DNA from: a virus
Lineage: Duplodnaviria > Caudoviricetes
DNA: 29,188 nucleotides
Direction: 5' to 3' (one strand)
Virus record (IMG/VR): IMGVR_UViG_3300017912_001074
Coordinates: 1 to 29,188 of that record
Both the position numbers and the translations under genes were made by a program. The notes under the pieces are model-generated. The model made no database searches, was not told the origin of the DNA, and was given only the letters and a program-made list of their open reading frames with translations. Shown one piece after another: positions 1-8,224 of this stretch (positions are counted from its first letter, which is position 1; each line of letters begins with the position of its first letter).

Positions 1-260
1 CTTGCCGCAACCTCATAGGTTCTTACATTGTCTAGGTGTTGAGTGTTTTGGCATAACAGTTCATAGTTTATGGGTTCTAGTGCTGTTACTCTATCAAACG
101 TGTCAGCGAATCGTCTTGTGAATATACCTATGTGTGCACCAATGTCCACAGCGTGTCTACTGTTGTTGATGTGTTGTATGCCTGTGAGGTATTGATTCAA
201 TTGATAGTCTTCGTCCCAGGTTTCTCCCTGTGGACATGCTAGGTCTGTCTTGCCAAACAT
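1..260 (-). CDS. FkbM-family SAM-dependent methyltransferase (partial, runs off the window; absent from ORF track)
   Basis: Manual translation from ATG at 260 (AGGAGG RBS upstream): MFGKTDLACPQGETWDEDYQ...HAVDIGAHIGIFTRRFADTFDRVTALEPINYELL. The DIGAHIG and ..LEP motifs are typical of FkbM. Confidence 0.85.
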   Translation of the reverse strand, partial: MFGKTDLACPQGETWDEDYQLNQYLTGIQHINNSRHAVDIGAHIGIFTRRFADTFDRVTALEPINYELLCQNTQHLDNVRTYEVAA

Positions 261-466
261 CTTGCCTCCTGAGGTGTTATGGTGTCTATTGAATCAAAGT
301 GTAAGAGTGTCCATGTATCTGTAGCTACATCATATCTCCATGGTGCCCAACGCTTTGCTATCCACCTATCTTGATCTACTGAGCTCTTTATAGCACCAGG
401 TTCTAGTTGTTTAAGACGTGGGTTAGCTAGTAGTTGCATTACATCTTCTTTGATCTGTGACTCCAT
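239..466 (-). CDS. hypothetical protein
   Basis: 75 aa ORF overlapping both flanking methyltransferase genes in operon fashion; true start may be the second Met. Confidence 0.55.
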   Translation of the reverse strand: MESQIKEDVMQLLANPRLKQLEPGAIKSSVDQDRWIAKRWAPWRYDVATDTWTLLHFDSIDTITPQEARCLARQT

Positions 467-966
467 AGGTGCAGTCTTCTGCGTCCATCACGATAACGGT
501 GTAGTTCTGTTCTTGTATCACACATTACACTGTCAAATAGATCTCTCCACTCCTGGGGTTCTAGCAGTGTAACATGTGCATTGCGTCCATCTGCTAGTGT
601 TTTCTTAGCAGGATCTAGATCTATTATGTGGAATGTAGTATCTCTTATGCATGAGTTGAACCATGCGAGAACACCTGCTTTGCCTTGTAGATCTGCTAGT
701 TCTATATGCTCTAGCACATCAACTGAGTATATGCAGTCCCAATATCTTGATTTCCAGTCTTCACTTGCAAACTCTTCTATGCCTGGTTCGTAGCGATGCA
801 CTCGTGCTCTTGGATGTAGTTGTTCAATCCACGTTGCTGTGCCACCTTTGCCACAACCAAAGTCAAGTATGCTTCGTGTTTCTGGTCGTTCACCTATGTA
901 GTCTAGTATTGCGGGAAATTGTTTGCCAACACCTGAATTTGGAAACTGTGTGTGAAAGTCGCTCAT
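439..966 (-). CDS. class I SAM-dependent methyltransferase
   Basis: ILDFGCGKG motif I and YSVDVLEHI motif. Start reassigned to ATG at 966 (MSDFH...) because the ORF-track extension runs through the structured non-coding element. Confidence 0.85.
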   Translation of the reverse strand: MSDFHTQFPNSGVGKQFPAILDYIGERPETRSILDFGCGKGGTATWIEQLHPRARVHRYEPGIEEFASEDWKSRYWDCIYSVDVLEHIELADLQGKAGVLAWFNSCIRDTTFHIIDLDPAKKTLADGRNAHVTLLEPQEWRDLFDSVMCDTRTELHRYRDGRRRLHLWSHRSKKM

Positions 967-985
967 AGTGTGGCCTTTTTGTGTA

Positions 986-1155
986 GTAGAAAGACTGCAA
1001 GATAGTATCAAATGGCAATATGATATATGTTCAAGTTTGTGTTCTCTAGACTCTGACGAAATCACGCTAAGTCCTAAGAGAATATATCATGTCATATAAA
1101 ACAAACAAAATGCGAAAACACAAACGGAGCTTTACGAACTTTGCAGTCTTTCTAC
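986..1155 (-). ncRNA. candidate structured non-coding RNA or leader (~170 nt)
   Basis: Perfect 15 bp inverted repeat 986-1000/1141-1155. Nested stems 1020-1028/1082-1090, 1042-1047/1077-1082 and 1049-1052/1070-1073. TATAAATA lies 5 nt upstream on the minus strand. Confidence 0.55.
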
Positions 1156-1160
1156 ACATG

Positions 1161-1168
1161 TATTTATA
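1161..1168 (-). promoter_or_regulatory. T4-late-like promoter TATAAATA
   Basis: Exact TATAAATA on the minus strand, overlapping the palindrome ATTTATATAAAT (1162-1173), just upstream of the structured element. Confidence 0.55.
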
Positions 1169-1198
1169 TAAATGTGTGCGTGTGTATGCGAAAACGGT

Positions 1199-1708
1199 TT
1201 AATCTGTGCAACCCATAAACCCTAGATCATATTCTAAGGTTTCTTCTTTGTATTGCCAGCGATGTCCTGCGATTGCATTCTGTTCACGCTGACGATCTGT
1301 TATTGCATCTGTTTCTAGATCGCATTCATAGTAGTCTTTGCCTAGTTGTAGTTGCAGTGTGTAATAACCTTTGCCTTTGACCATAAACGCTGTTGCAGGA
1401 ACTGTGTGTCCTTTGCCTAGTTTGCCATCACTGAGATATCCTTTGCTTAACCAACAGTCTAGTCCTGCATCTATGCATCCTTTGACTTTTTTGCGCCACT
1501 GCTGTTTGTCTTCTTCAAAGAAGTTTCTAAGTTGCGGGTTCTTTATACCATTGATGCCATCTACATAGCTTTTCATGTTGCAGTGTGTGCCTTTGCCTTT
1601 GTATGAGAAGTTTACTCTCTTGCCACCATAGTTGTAGTTAGGTGTCACACTTAGGGTCATGCCATCTTCGTTGTTGAATAGTGTTACTAATATTTCTTTT
1701 ATTGCCAT
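1199..1708 (-). CDS. hypothetical protein (putative early gene)
   Basis: Start reassigned to ATG 1708 (MAIKEIL), preceded by AAAGGAG; 169 aa; no family recognised. Confidence 0.75.
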   Translation of the reverse strand: MAIKEILVTLFNNEDGMTLSVTPNYNYGGKRVNFSYKGKGTHCNMKSYVDGINGIKNPQLRNFFEEDKQQWRKKVKGCIDAGLDCWLSKGYLSDGKLGKGHTVPATAFMVKGKGYYTLQLQLGKDYYECDLETDAITDRQREQNAIAGHRWQYKEETLEYDLGFMGCTD

Positions 1709-1736
1709 TTTGTTTGCTCCTTTGTTATGACGGGAT

Positions 1737-1768
1737 ATTATATAATACATTGAATACATTAAAGACAA
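1737..1768 (-). promoter_or_regulatory. possible sigma70-type promoter
   Basis: TATAAT at 1742-1737 and TTGTCT at 1768-1763. Spacing is 20 bp (non-optimal) and the spacer contains a direct repeat AATGTATT x2. Confidence 0.35.
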
Positions 1769-1790
1769 AGAATACTATAAGTTCTGTCAT

Positions 1791-2012
1791 CTACAGAACC
1801 TCTTTTTTCTCTTTGTCAAAAGAAGACGAAGTCACAGAATAAAATAACTCACCGCCGTAGTGCCGCGCCAAAAAAACCGCATCACGCCTAGTCAACCACT
1901 GTATGTGTTTGTGGTGATCCTTGCACATAAGTCGTGCAAAGTGAGGTCCAAAAGGACCGCGTTCTACTGCTACACAGCAGTCATCATGATGGGTGTGTTG
2001 TAATATTGCCAT
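1791..2012 (-). CDS. small His/Cys-rich hypothetical protein (possible metal-binding)
   Basis: HHDDCC...HFARLMCKDHHKHIQWL; GGAG RBS and TAAATA upstream. Confidence 0.65.
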   Translation of the reverse strand: MAILQHTHHDDCCVAVERGPFGPHFARLMCKDHHKHIQWLTRRDAVFLARHYGGELFYSVTSSSFDKEKKEVL

Positions 2013-2028
2013 ATGTTCGCTCCAATAG

Positions 2029-2034
2029 TATTTA
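2029..2034 (-). promoter_or_regulatory. TAAATA late-type promoter motif
   Basis: CATAAATA followed by GGAG and the ATG at 2012. Confidence 0.45.
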
Positions 2035-2071
2035 TGTTATTGTGCTATTATATGGTAAAAAATGGATCTTG

Positions 2072-2314
2072 TCAACCTCTTAGACGCAGACTATTGAATC
2101 CTGCACGGCATTGCCTGCATTCAAACTTCCAAACCAATGTGTCATGTGGATACCATGGGTTGAAATTGGGTGATGTTTTGTAGTTTGCGCTTTTGCGTAT
2201 CATGTAGCGATCACCACCGCATTCTAGGCATGTATGCGTTGTGTGAAAATGATCTCTTCGTAGATTGTTGCACTCTTGACTGTGTGGTGCTACATAGTTT
2301 GGTCTTTTTGGCAT
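2072..2314 (-). CDS. zinc-ribbon hypothetical protein
   Basis: CLECGG...CRQC pair; GGGAGG RBS. Confidence 0.65.
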   Translation of the reverse strand: MPKRPNYVAPHSQECNNLRRDHFHTTHTCLECGGDRYMIRKSANYKTSPNFNPWYPHDTLVWKFECRQCRAGFNSLRLRG

Positions 2315-2335
2315 TTTGCCCTCCCATTATAGTAG

Positions 2336-2341
2336 TATTTA
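2336..2341 (-). promoter_or_regulatory. TAAATA late-type promoter motif
   Basis: GTTAAATA in the intergenic gap upstream of the 2314 start. Confidence 0.45.
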
Positions 2342-2373
2342 ACTAATCTATAAAAAAGAGGGCCCTAATGTGT

Positions 2374-2826
2374 CTATGTTGCGCTTATTGCTGAACCAAT
2401 TTGCACTACTTTCCAAGTAGGATTACCTGCTGAATCATCTTCTCCTACTGCAACAGCAATACACTCTGTGCCTGCATCACCATTAGAACAAAATGCAACA
2501 TCGCCTTGTTCTATGTCAGTTCTTGCGTTCAGTTGTGCTACTGTTTGCGGATTTAGATTTAGTATGTGCTCTAGTAATACTTTGTCAGTGTTAGGATCCA
2601 ATGTTAGATTGTTTCCTGAACTTGATACTATTGTATCTGGCAATTGACTGTTGGCAATCTTTGAATTGCTGTCTAGTCCTGCAACACCACTTGCTGTGTT
2701 GCGTCCATCAATTACATTAGTAACTTCATCCAGTGCGGCCTTGAGATCAGCTCTTGCGGCCGCTGGTGAATCAGTGCCACTGTCTAAGTTAGTGGTTATT
2801 ATATTTGAGCTATTTCCCCAACCCAT
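2374..2826 (-). CDS. virion/tail fibre-associated protein
   Basis: End of tail module; GVAGLDSNSKIANSQLP fibre-type motif; N-terminal module shared with 2837-3442 and 21945-22472; contains DSAG. Confidence 0.6.
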   Translation of the reverse strand: MGWGNSSNIITTNLDSGTDSPAAARADLKAALDEVTNVIDGRNTASGVAGLDSNSKIANSQLPDTIVSSSGNNLTLDPNTDKVLLEHILNLNPQTVAQLNARTDIEQGDVAFCSNGDAGTECIAVAVGEDDSAGNPTWKVVQIGSAISAT

Positions 2827-2836
2827 CGTTTTCCTC

Positions 2837-3442
2837 CTATGCTATTTTATAGATCTGTATTTTCATTACAGGATCTGTGTTTGCTGGACCTTGTTCTTTG
2901 AATGTTAGAGTTGGACTTCCAGCTTTTGTCCAACTATAATTTATTGTAAATTCTTCTGTGCCTGTGCTTGTAGTAGATCCAACTATTGTAGCATGACTTT
3001 CATGGTCATTGATGTGTCTACGATTTGCAAATGAACTGCCGCCTTTTGCAAGACTAAATTCTAATTCATTGCTTAGGAATGTGCCACTAATAGGTGATAT
3101 GTTGTAGTAGATATCACACACAAATAGATAAGTGCCACTGTCTAACAAGAAACTACCACCTTGACCTGCACTGTCTGTGCTGGTAACAAATCCGTCTGGA
3201 TCTACTATGTTATCAAAATCAAGATTACCTGTTGCACTTGCTGTAATAATACCATTTGATCCTGGTGCGTTTGTTCTGTTTAGTGTTAGCAATGCACCTG
3301 CTGAACCTCCAAGTGTGCCAGCATTGTATTCATCTGCAATGGTATTGAAACTTGTTACAAGAGTATGCAGTTCTTCTCTTGCACTTGCAATTGAATCATC
3401 TGCTGAGTCAAATGCGTTTGCGTCTGGTTTAGTTACACTCAT
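2837..3442 (-). CDS. virion/tail fibre-associated protein
   Basis: Tail module position; N-terminal helical module then a beta-rich C-terminal domain; contains DSAG. Confidence 0.6.
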   Translation of the reverse strand: MSVTKPDANAFDSADDSIASAREELHTLVTSFNTIADEYNAGTLGGSAGALLTLNRTNAPGSNGIITASATGNLDFDNIVDPDGFVTSTDSAGQGGSFLLDSGTYLFVCDIYYNISPISGTFLSNELEFSLAKGGSSFANRRHINDHESHATIVGSTTSTGTEEFTINYSWTKAGSPTLTFKEQGPANTDPVMKIQIYKIA

Positions 3443-4248
3443 TATAATAATCCTATATCAACAGTTTGCACAACAATACTACCGTTGTCTGTGCTTTGTA
3501 GGTTTGGTAATCCTTCTACAATAGCATCTATTGTGCAGTCCATTGCTTTGCGTTTGCCAAATGCGTCTATATCATAAATGTATAGCGTAGGTGGCGCAGT
3601 TGTTTTGTCTACATACACCATAGGTGTTGCTGTAGTTGTTGTTGTTGCTACATATGTATCTGCTACATAATTTGCGGCAACATAAGGTGATGCACTAGGA
3701 TTGTGTGGTTGTGTAACTATGCTTGTTACACTTTTTATTCTTCCTATTGCATCAAGTTGTCTGACACCAACACTGCCTCCCAACGTGCTGGTGTCAAGAT
3801 CTGCGATGCTTGCCTTGATAGTGTCTTGTCTTAGTTCTATTACTACATCTTCAATTTCTGGTATTTCATCTAGAGCACTGTCTGGTGATAGTGCAATATC
3901 AAACTGCCAATATCTACCTTTCTTTGCTGTAAGGTCTAGTGTGCCTGGTGAAACTGTAAGTGTGCTTGGCGAATCTATTGCGCCATCACTTATGAGTGTG
4001 TCACCATAATTTACTGTAATTGTTGCAGGATAATTTGCTGTAACCAATATAATATAATGATACAATTGACTTACACCTGTGTCAATTACACCTGTTTGAT
4101 AAGTTAGGTCTTGTGCTACACCTTGCCAACTTGTTAAACTGTCCCAATCATTACCTGAACTACTAGCATCATAGTCTGCCCAAGTAACAGTGCCATTGCC
4201 TACTAGTGTTGATCTACTTTTGTCAAAATATCCGTTTACATTAGGCAT
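3442..4248 (-). CDS. minor tail protein
   Basis: Directly downstream of the tail tip gene; T/S/D-rich; YVAANYVADTYV repeat. Confidence 0.6.
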   Translation of the reverse strand: MPNVNGYFDKSRSTLVGNGTVTWADYDASSSGNDWDSLTSWQGVAQDLTYQTGVIDTGVSQLYHYIILVTANYPATITVNYGDTLISDGAIDSPSTLTVSPGTLDLTAKKGRYWQFDIALSPDSALDEIPEIEDVVIELRQDTIKASIADLDTSTLGGSVGVRQLDAIGRIKSVTSIVTQPHNPSASPYVAANYVADTYVATTTTTATPMVYVDKTTAPPTLYIYDIDAFGKRKAMDCTIDAIVEGLPNLQSTDNGSIVVQTVDIGLL

Positions 4249-4249
4249 G

Positions 4250-6553
4250 TTATGCTCCTAGATCCTGTTTACCACCAAATGATGTTGCACCACCATTTGC
4301 AGTGTTGTCAATTAGATAGTTTATAAATGCTTCTAAATTGCGTCCTGTTCTAGTTGTGCCATCAGGTATTTGATATGTATAATTTGAAAACTCTGAACTT
4401 ACAATGCTACCATCTGGAAACTCCATACCTAAACTGCTTTTACGCCATCTAACTTGACATGTAACACCAGGTTGTGTAGGTAATCCTATTTTTATAGTCA
4501 TAGGATGATGATTACCTGTGTTGAATATTGTATCTAATCTACTACCATCTATTGTGCCATGTCCATGATTAGGATCTCTCAATGGATATAATATTTCTCC
4601 ATCTTGTCCTATGTCAAAAAACAATTCTCCATCTAGATAGTAACGGAACACTAAAAAGTCTACACTTGTATCTATTGGACATATAATACTTGCTTTGTAT
4701 TGTCTTGCAAAACCTAAGTCTTCAAATTTTGCTACACCAAAGTTGCCATCATACACATCTCTATAAGGAGAACCACTAGGATAGTATAACAAAGGCGATG
4801 TGCCATCTGCTTGTGCATAACCTATATAGATACCTCTTAGACTGTATGTAGGTGTAACTGCTTGTGTGAATATTTCAAACTGCGTAACACTTGGATCTGG
4901 ATCATCCCATTCAGGCGGTAGTGGATTATCCTGTGTTGGATCATCTGGATCAATAGGAGGAAATATACCAATTGGTTTTGTTGGCACATTTCTTACATAT
5001 GGTCCAATATAAAATTCATCTGGTCTATACAAAGGTGGATCTATGTTAATTTGTTCACCTGTTGTAAATGGATAAAGCGTAGCATCATGTTCTGTTGCTT
5101 CTATGTCTACCAATCCATCTGGTCTTAGTTTTGATCCAACTACTCTAAATGTATCTAAATTAAGATCTAACACTGTATCTGTTACGCGAATAATATCACC
5201 AACTTCTACTTCTAGTAATTCTTGACTTGCTTGAAAACTAATTGTGCGTTGCTTTCTTGATTTGTCATAGATCATTTGTGCAAGGTCTCTTGCAATCGCT
5301 TTGTTTGTTAGTGTGTGAAAAGTAAATTCACCTGTTAGCAATTCATCATTGTCTATGGTTTGGTCACCATCTACATCATGCACAACCTGTTGGTTTGTAA
5401 AATCTTTGTCAGGATCAATATAGTTTACAATAACTTGATTGTATTTAGAACCTTTTCTTTCACCTGTAAGACTTATACCACCTATGATTTCTGATTTGTC
5501 TACATCATATGCAACATTTACACTAGTAGAACTTATGTCAGTAGCATTGCCACCATCTTCAACTTTTAGTTTGTATCTACCCTGTATAAAAGGCATTATA
5601 CCTCTACAACCTGCTGTAAGAGCTTTTACATTGTCTAAAACTTTTTGATCTGTGCCAACAACAGCATTTAAGGTTAGTGCTCTACCACTCTGTCTGTTTG
5701 AATACCTTACAGTTTGCTCATATTTGTTAGCGGCAATCTTGAAAGTGTCTGCATTGATTTCTGTTGTGCTTAGTCCAACACCATATCTTGAGTTTTCAAG
5801 ATAATCTAACAAACAACTTGCAGGATTTATTTGATAGCTCTTTGATCTTGAACTATAACTACCGCTTAGATTTAGGCCGCCCCCATGCGTTCTAACATCA
5901 TAAACTTTTTTACCATATACATCAAATTTTGCTTGAGGTATACCACCTGAGAAAGGATTGTTATCTGCATCCTCTTGTGTTTTAATTTCTTTCCATTCAT
6001 AACGGATAACAGCATAAGCAAGTCCTGGTAATTTTCTTTGTTTCTTACCCCAACTAGCACTTTCATTTGCTAGACTGCTTTGTCCTTGACCTTCTGTTCC
6101 ATTGAATACTTGTAATTTTATTCTGTCTTTGTATCTTGTAGAAGTTATTGTGTAGGTTTGACCATGTGTGTATTTGCCTCCACTAGGTTTAGGTAATTCA
6201 ACATCGTTGATTAGGATTCTACCAACACCTTCTATTTCACCTTCACATAGTGCATATACAACATACAAATATTTGTTAGATGTGCCATTTGTTTCTGTAA
6301 AGATGTTAGATCCACCTACTCTACGAAAACCATACACAACAGGCACTGCAACATTTGTGCCTTGTTTTGTAACCTGCACACCTTGTGCTTCTGAACCTGG
6401 ATCAGGAACTTGTGGTGTATCTAGTGCGCCAAAAGGATTGATTACAAATCCAATTACATCACCTACAAAGTTTACTACCGCTTTGACAACGCCAACGACG
6501 ACTTTTACAATGCCTTTGACAATATCTTTTACTGCATCAACTACGCCGCCCAT
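4250..6553 (-). CDS. tail tip / central fibre protein (lambda gpJ/GTA-like)
   Basis: VPVVYGFRRVGG, LCEGEIEG, NPASCLLDYL..RYG and LEVEVGDIIRVT motifs typical of tip proteins; synteny. Confidence 0.85.
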   Translation of the reverse strand: MGGVVDAVKDIVKGIVKVVVGVVKAVVNFVGDVIGFVINPFGALDTPQVPDPGSEAQGVQVTKQGTNVAVPVVYGFRRVGGSNIFTETNGTSNKYLYVVYALCEGEIEGVGRILINDVELPKPSGGKYTHGQTYTITSTRYKDRIKLQVFNGTEGQGQSSLANESASWGKKQRKLPGLAYAVIRYEWKEIKTQEDADNNPFSGGIPQAKFDVYGKKVYDVRTHGGGLNLSGSYSSRSKSYQINPASCLLDYLENSRYGVGLSTTEINADTFKIAANKYEQTVRYSNRQSGRALTLNAVVGTDQKVLDNVKALTAGCRGIMPFIQGRYKLKVEDGGNATDISSTSVNVAYDVDKSEIIGGISLTGERKGSKYNQVIVNYIDPDKDFTNQQVVHDVDGDQTIDNDELLTGEFTFHTLTNKAIARDLAQMIYDKSRKQRTISFQASQELLEVEVGDIIRVTDTVLDLNLDTFRVVGSKLRPDGLVDIEATEHDATLYPFTTGEQINIDPPLYRPDEFYIGPYVRNVPTKPIGIFPPIDPDDPTQDNPLPPEWDDPDPSVTQFEIFTQAVTPTYSLRGIYIGYAQADGTSPLLYYPSGSPYRDVYDGNFGVAKFEDLGFARQYKASIICPIDTSVDFLVFRYYLDGELFFDIGQDGEILYPLRDPNHGHGTIDGSRLDTIFNTGNHHPMTIKIGLPTQPGVTCQVRWRKSSLGMEFPDGSIVSSEFSNYTYQIPDGTTRTGRNLEAFINYLIDNTANGGATSFGGKQDLGA

Positions 6554-7035
6554 TCACTGCTCCCAATTTCTTTCACAAAATGATAACCTACTTCATTCAT
6601 CTGTCTTTTTTCAAAGTAGTTGCTACATGCTTCTACATAATCTTCATTTTGTTCATAATGTTTGTTGTATGCCATAACACTGGCCTGCATAAAGAAACAG
6701 TTGTTCTCTAAGAACCAAGTTTCTAGTGTGCTTACCATGTCATCTATCAACATTTTATTTCTTATTTCTGGCAATAGAAATAGAAACAATAATTCTCCAT
6801 ATCTTTTGCCATTCCATAATTTTTCTTTGATGGCACCCACAGCATAACCAACCAATCTACCACCTTGTTCAACCACTATAGGTTGCATATGTTCTGCAAT
6901 CATCATTTGTTTGATTTGTTTTTTCAAATAGGCACGGTCAATGTCATCATGTCCTGCTTGTCCACTGTCCTTGCAATGTGCAATGCTTAGATCAACTAAT
7001 TTTTCTAAATCATCTACTCTAGGTTCTCTAATCAT
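6541..7035 (-). CDS. GNAT-fold acetyltransferase-like protein
   Basis: MIREPRVDDL start, VVEQGGRLVGYAVG, LFLLPEIRNK motif A-like segment. Confidence 0.65.
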   Translation of the reverse strand: MIREPRVDDLEKLVDLSIAHCKDSGQAGHDDIDRAYLKKQIKQMMIAEHMQPIVVEQGGRLVGYAVGAIKEKLWNGKRYGELLFLFLLPEIRNKMLIDDMVSTLETWFLENNCFFMQASVMAYNKHYEQNEDYVEACSNYFEKRQMNEVGYHFVKEIGSSEWAA

Positions 7036-7613
7036 TACTTCTTACCCCATTTGATATCTAACAATGGTTCATGTGAATATTGCATACCAAAGTCTGTTGG
7101 ATGTTCTTTTTGAAAACTTCCTAAGTTAGTCCTACGACCAGTTTTCTTTTGGAAGTTTGTAAACTGTGAATTAACTTCTATTGTAAGTGTTGCAGTTTCT
7201 TTTGCATCTTCAATTCTATATCCTGCAATCTTACCTTTGAACAATAGTATTGCTTCATCACCTGCTGAATCACCAATTAGTGTGTTGTCAGTAGGATCAA
7301 TAAAAACTCTACGCACTTCTACATCTTGGTTTATTTGATTTGAATTTGCAAGTGTTTGCACAGTAGATAAATCTAAAGCACTAACAATAATATTGATTGA
7401 TGTAATCTGTAGATCAGCAGTTTCTGATGTTTCGCTTATACCTAAAAATTGTCCTTGTGCAGTGTAAGTGTCACCGTCATAGGTTACATCAAAAGGACCA
7501 TCTGTATAGTAAAGATCTGAAGCGCCATATACACTGATGTGTATAAGTGTAAAACTTGTTAAACTATCTCCAGCGAGATAACTGTTTTGGTTCGCACTTA
7601 GACCTCTGGTCAT
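7035..7613 (-). CDS. baseplate hub / minor tail protein (DUF2163-like)
   Basis: YYTDGPFDVTYDGDTYTAQGQFLG and LLFKGKI motifs; second gene after the tape measure; contains DSAG. Confidence 0.75.
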   Translation of the reverse strand: MTRGLSANQNSYLAGDSLTSFTLIHISVYGASDLYYTDGPFDVTYDGDTYTAQGQFLGISETSETADLQITSINIIVSALDLSTVQTLANSNQINQDVEVRRVFIDPTDNTLIGDSAGDEAILLFKGKIAGYRIEDAKETATLTIEVNSQFTNFQKKTGRRTNLGSFQKEHPTDFGMQYSHEPLLDIKWGKK

Positions 7614-8224
7614 TATAATACCTCTTCAACATCTATTTCATATGCTATTCTGTTGTCAGTTCTATAGTTGAACTCTTGTATGTCATTTGACAATATCATT
7701 CTAAAAGGCACATTTGTTGTTGTAATGCTTTCTGTGTTACTAACATTCTCAACAAGTGCTGGTGCAATGCTTACATCTACATTGCCACTGCCATTTGTTG
7801 TTGCATCTGCTGTAACCATATAAACTTTTGTATGATTTGTAAAGCGTATTACATCACCTGCTTTTAGAACAACAGTTGAATTTTTATTTGTGCTTATAGA
7901 TACTGCTGTAGCACTTGCACTTTGATTACCATTTACTGTTGCTGTCAATGTGCCAGGATTATCTGCTTGACTTGTGCTTACAGTAGGAATAACAATGTCA
8001 AATTCATTTAATGGACCTTGTGCTAGTGCAACAAATGCCTGCACTGGTCTAAATTCAGCAAGACTCATAACAGGAAATGCAAGTGTGCCACTCCAAAGTG
8101 TTGTAGAATTAGTTGCGCGGATTACTCTACCACTTGCTGTTTGTGTTTTTTTAGTAATTGTATTTTGTTTAAAGTTCGCCGCTGAAAAACCTGGTGAACT
8201 TGGAAATGTTCCTATGACTGCCAT
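7613..8224 (-). CDS. distal tail protein (Dit-like)
   Basis: Immediately after the tape measure; TASGRV...WSGTLAFP and LKAGDVIRFTNHTKVYMV. Confidence 0.7.
   Translation of the reverse strand: MAVIGTFPSSPGFSAANFKQNTITKKTQTASGRVIRATNSTTLWSGTLAFPVMSLAEFRPVQAFVALAQGPLNEFDIVIPTVSTSQADNPGTLTATVNGNQSASATAVSISTNKNSTVVLKAGDVIRFTNHTKVYMVTADATTNGSGNVDVSIAPALVENVSNTESITTTNVPFRMILSNDIQEFNYRTDNRIAYEIDVEEVL

Noticed and set aside
986-1155. Calling the structured element a bona fide retron or 6S RNA
   Set aside because: No reverse transcriptase is in the window and the internal bubble is very asymmetric; kept only as an unclassified candidate.
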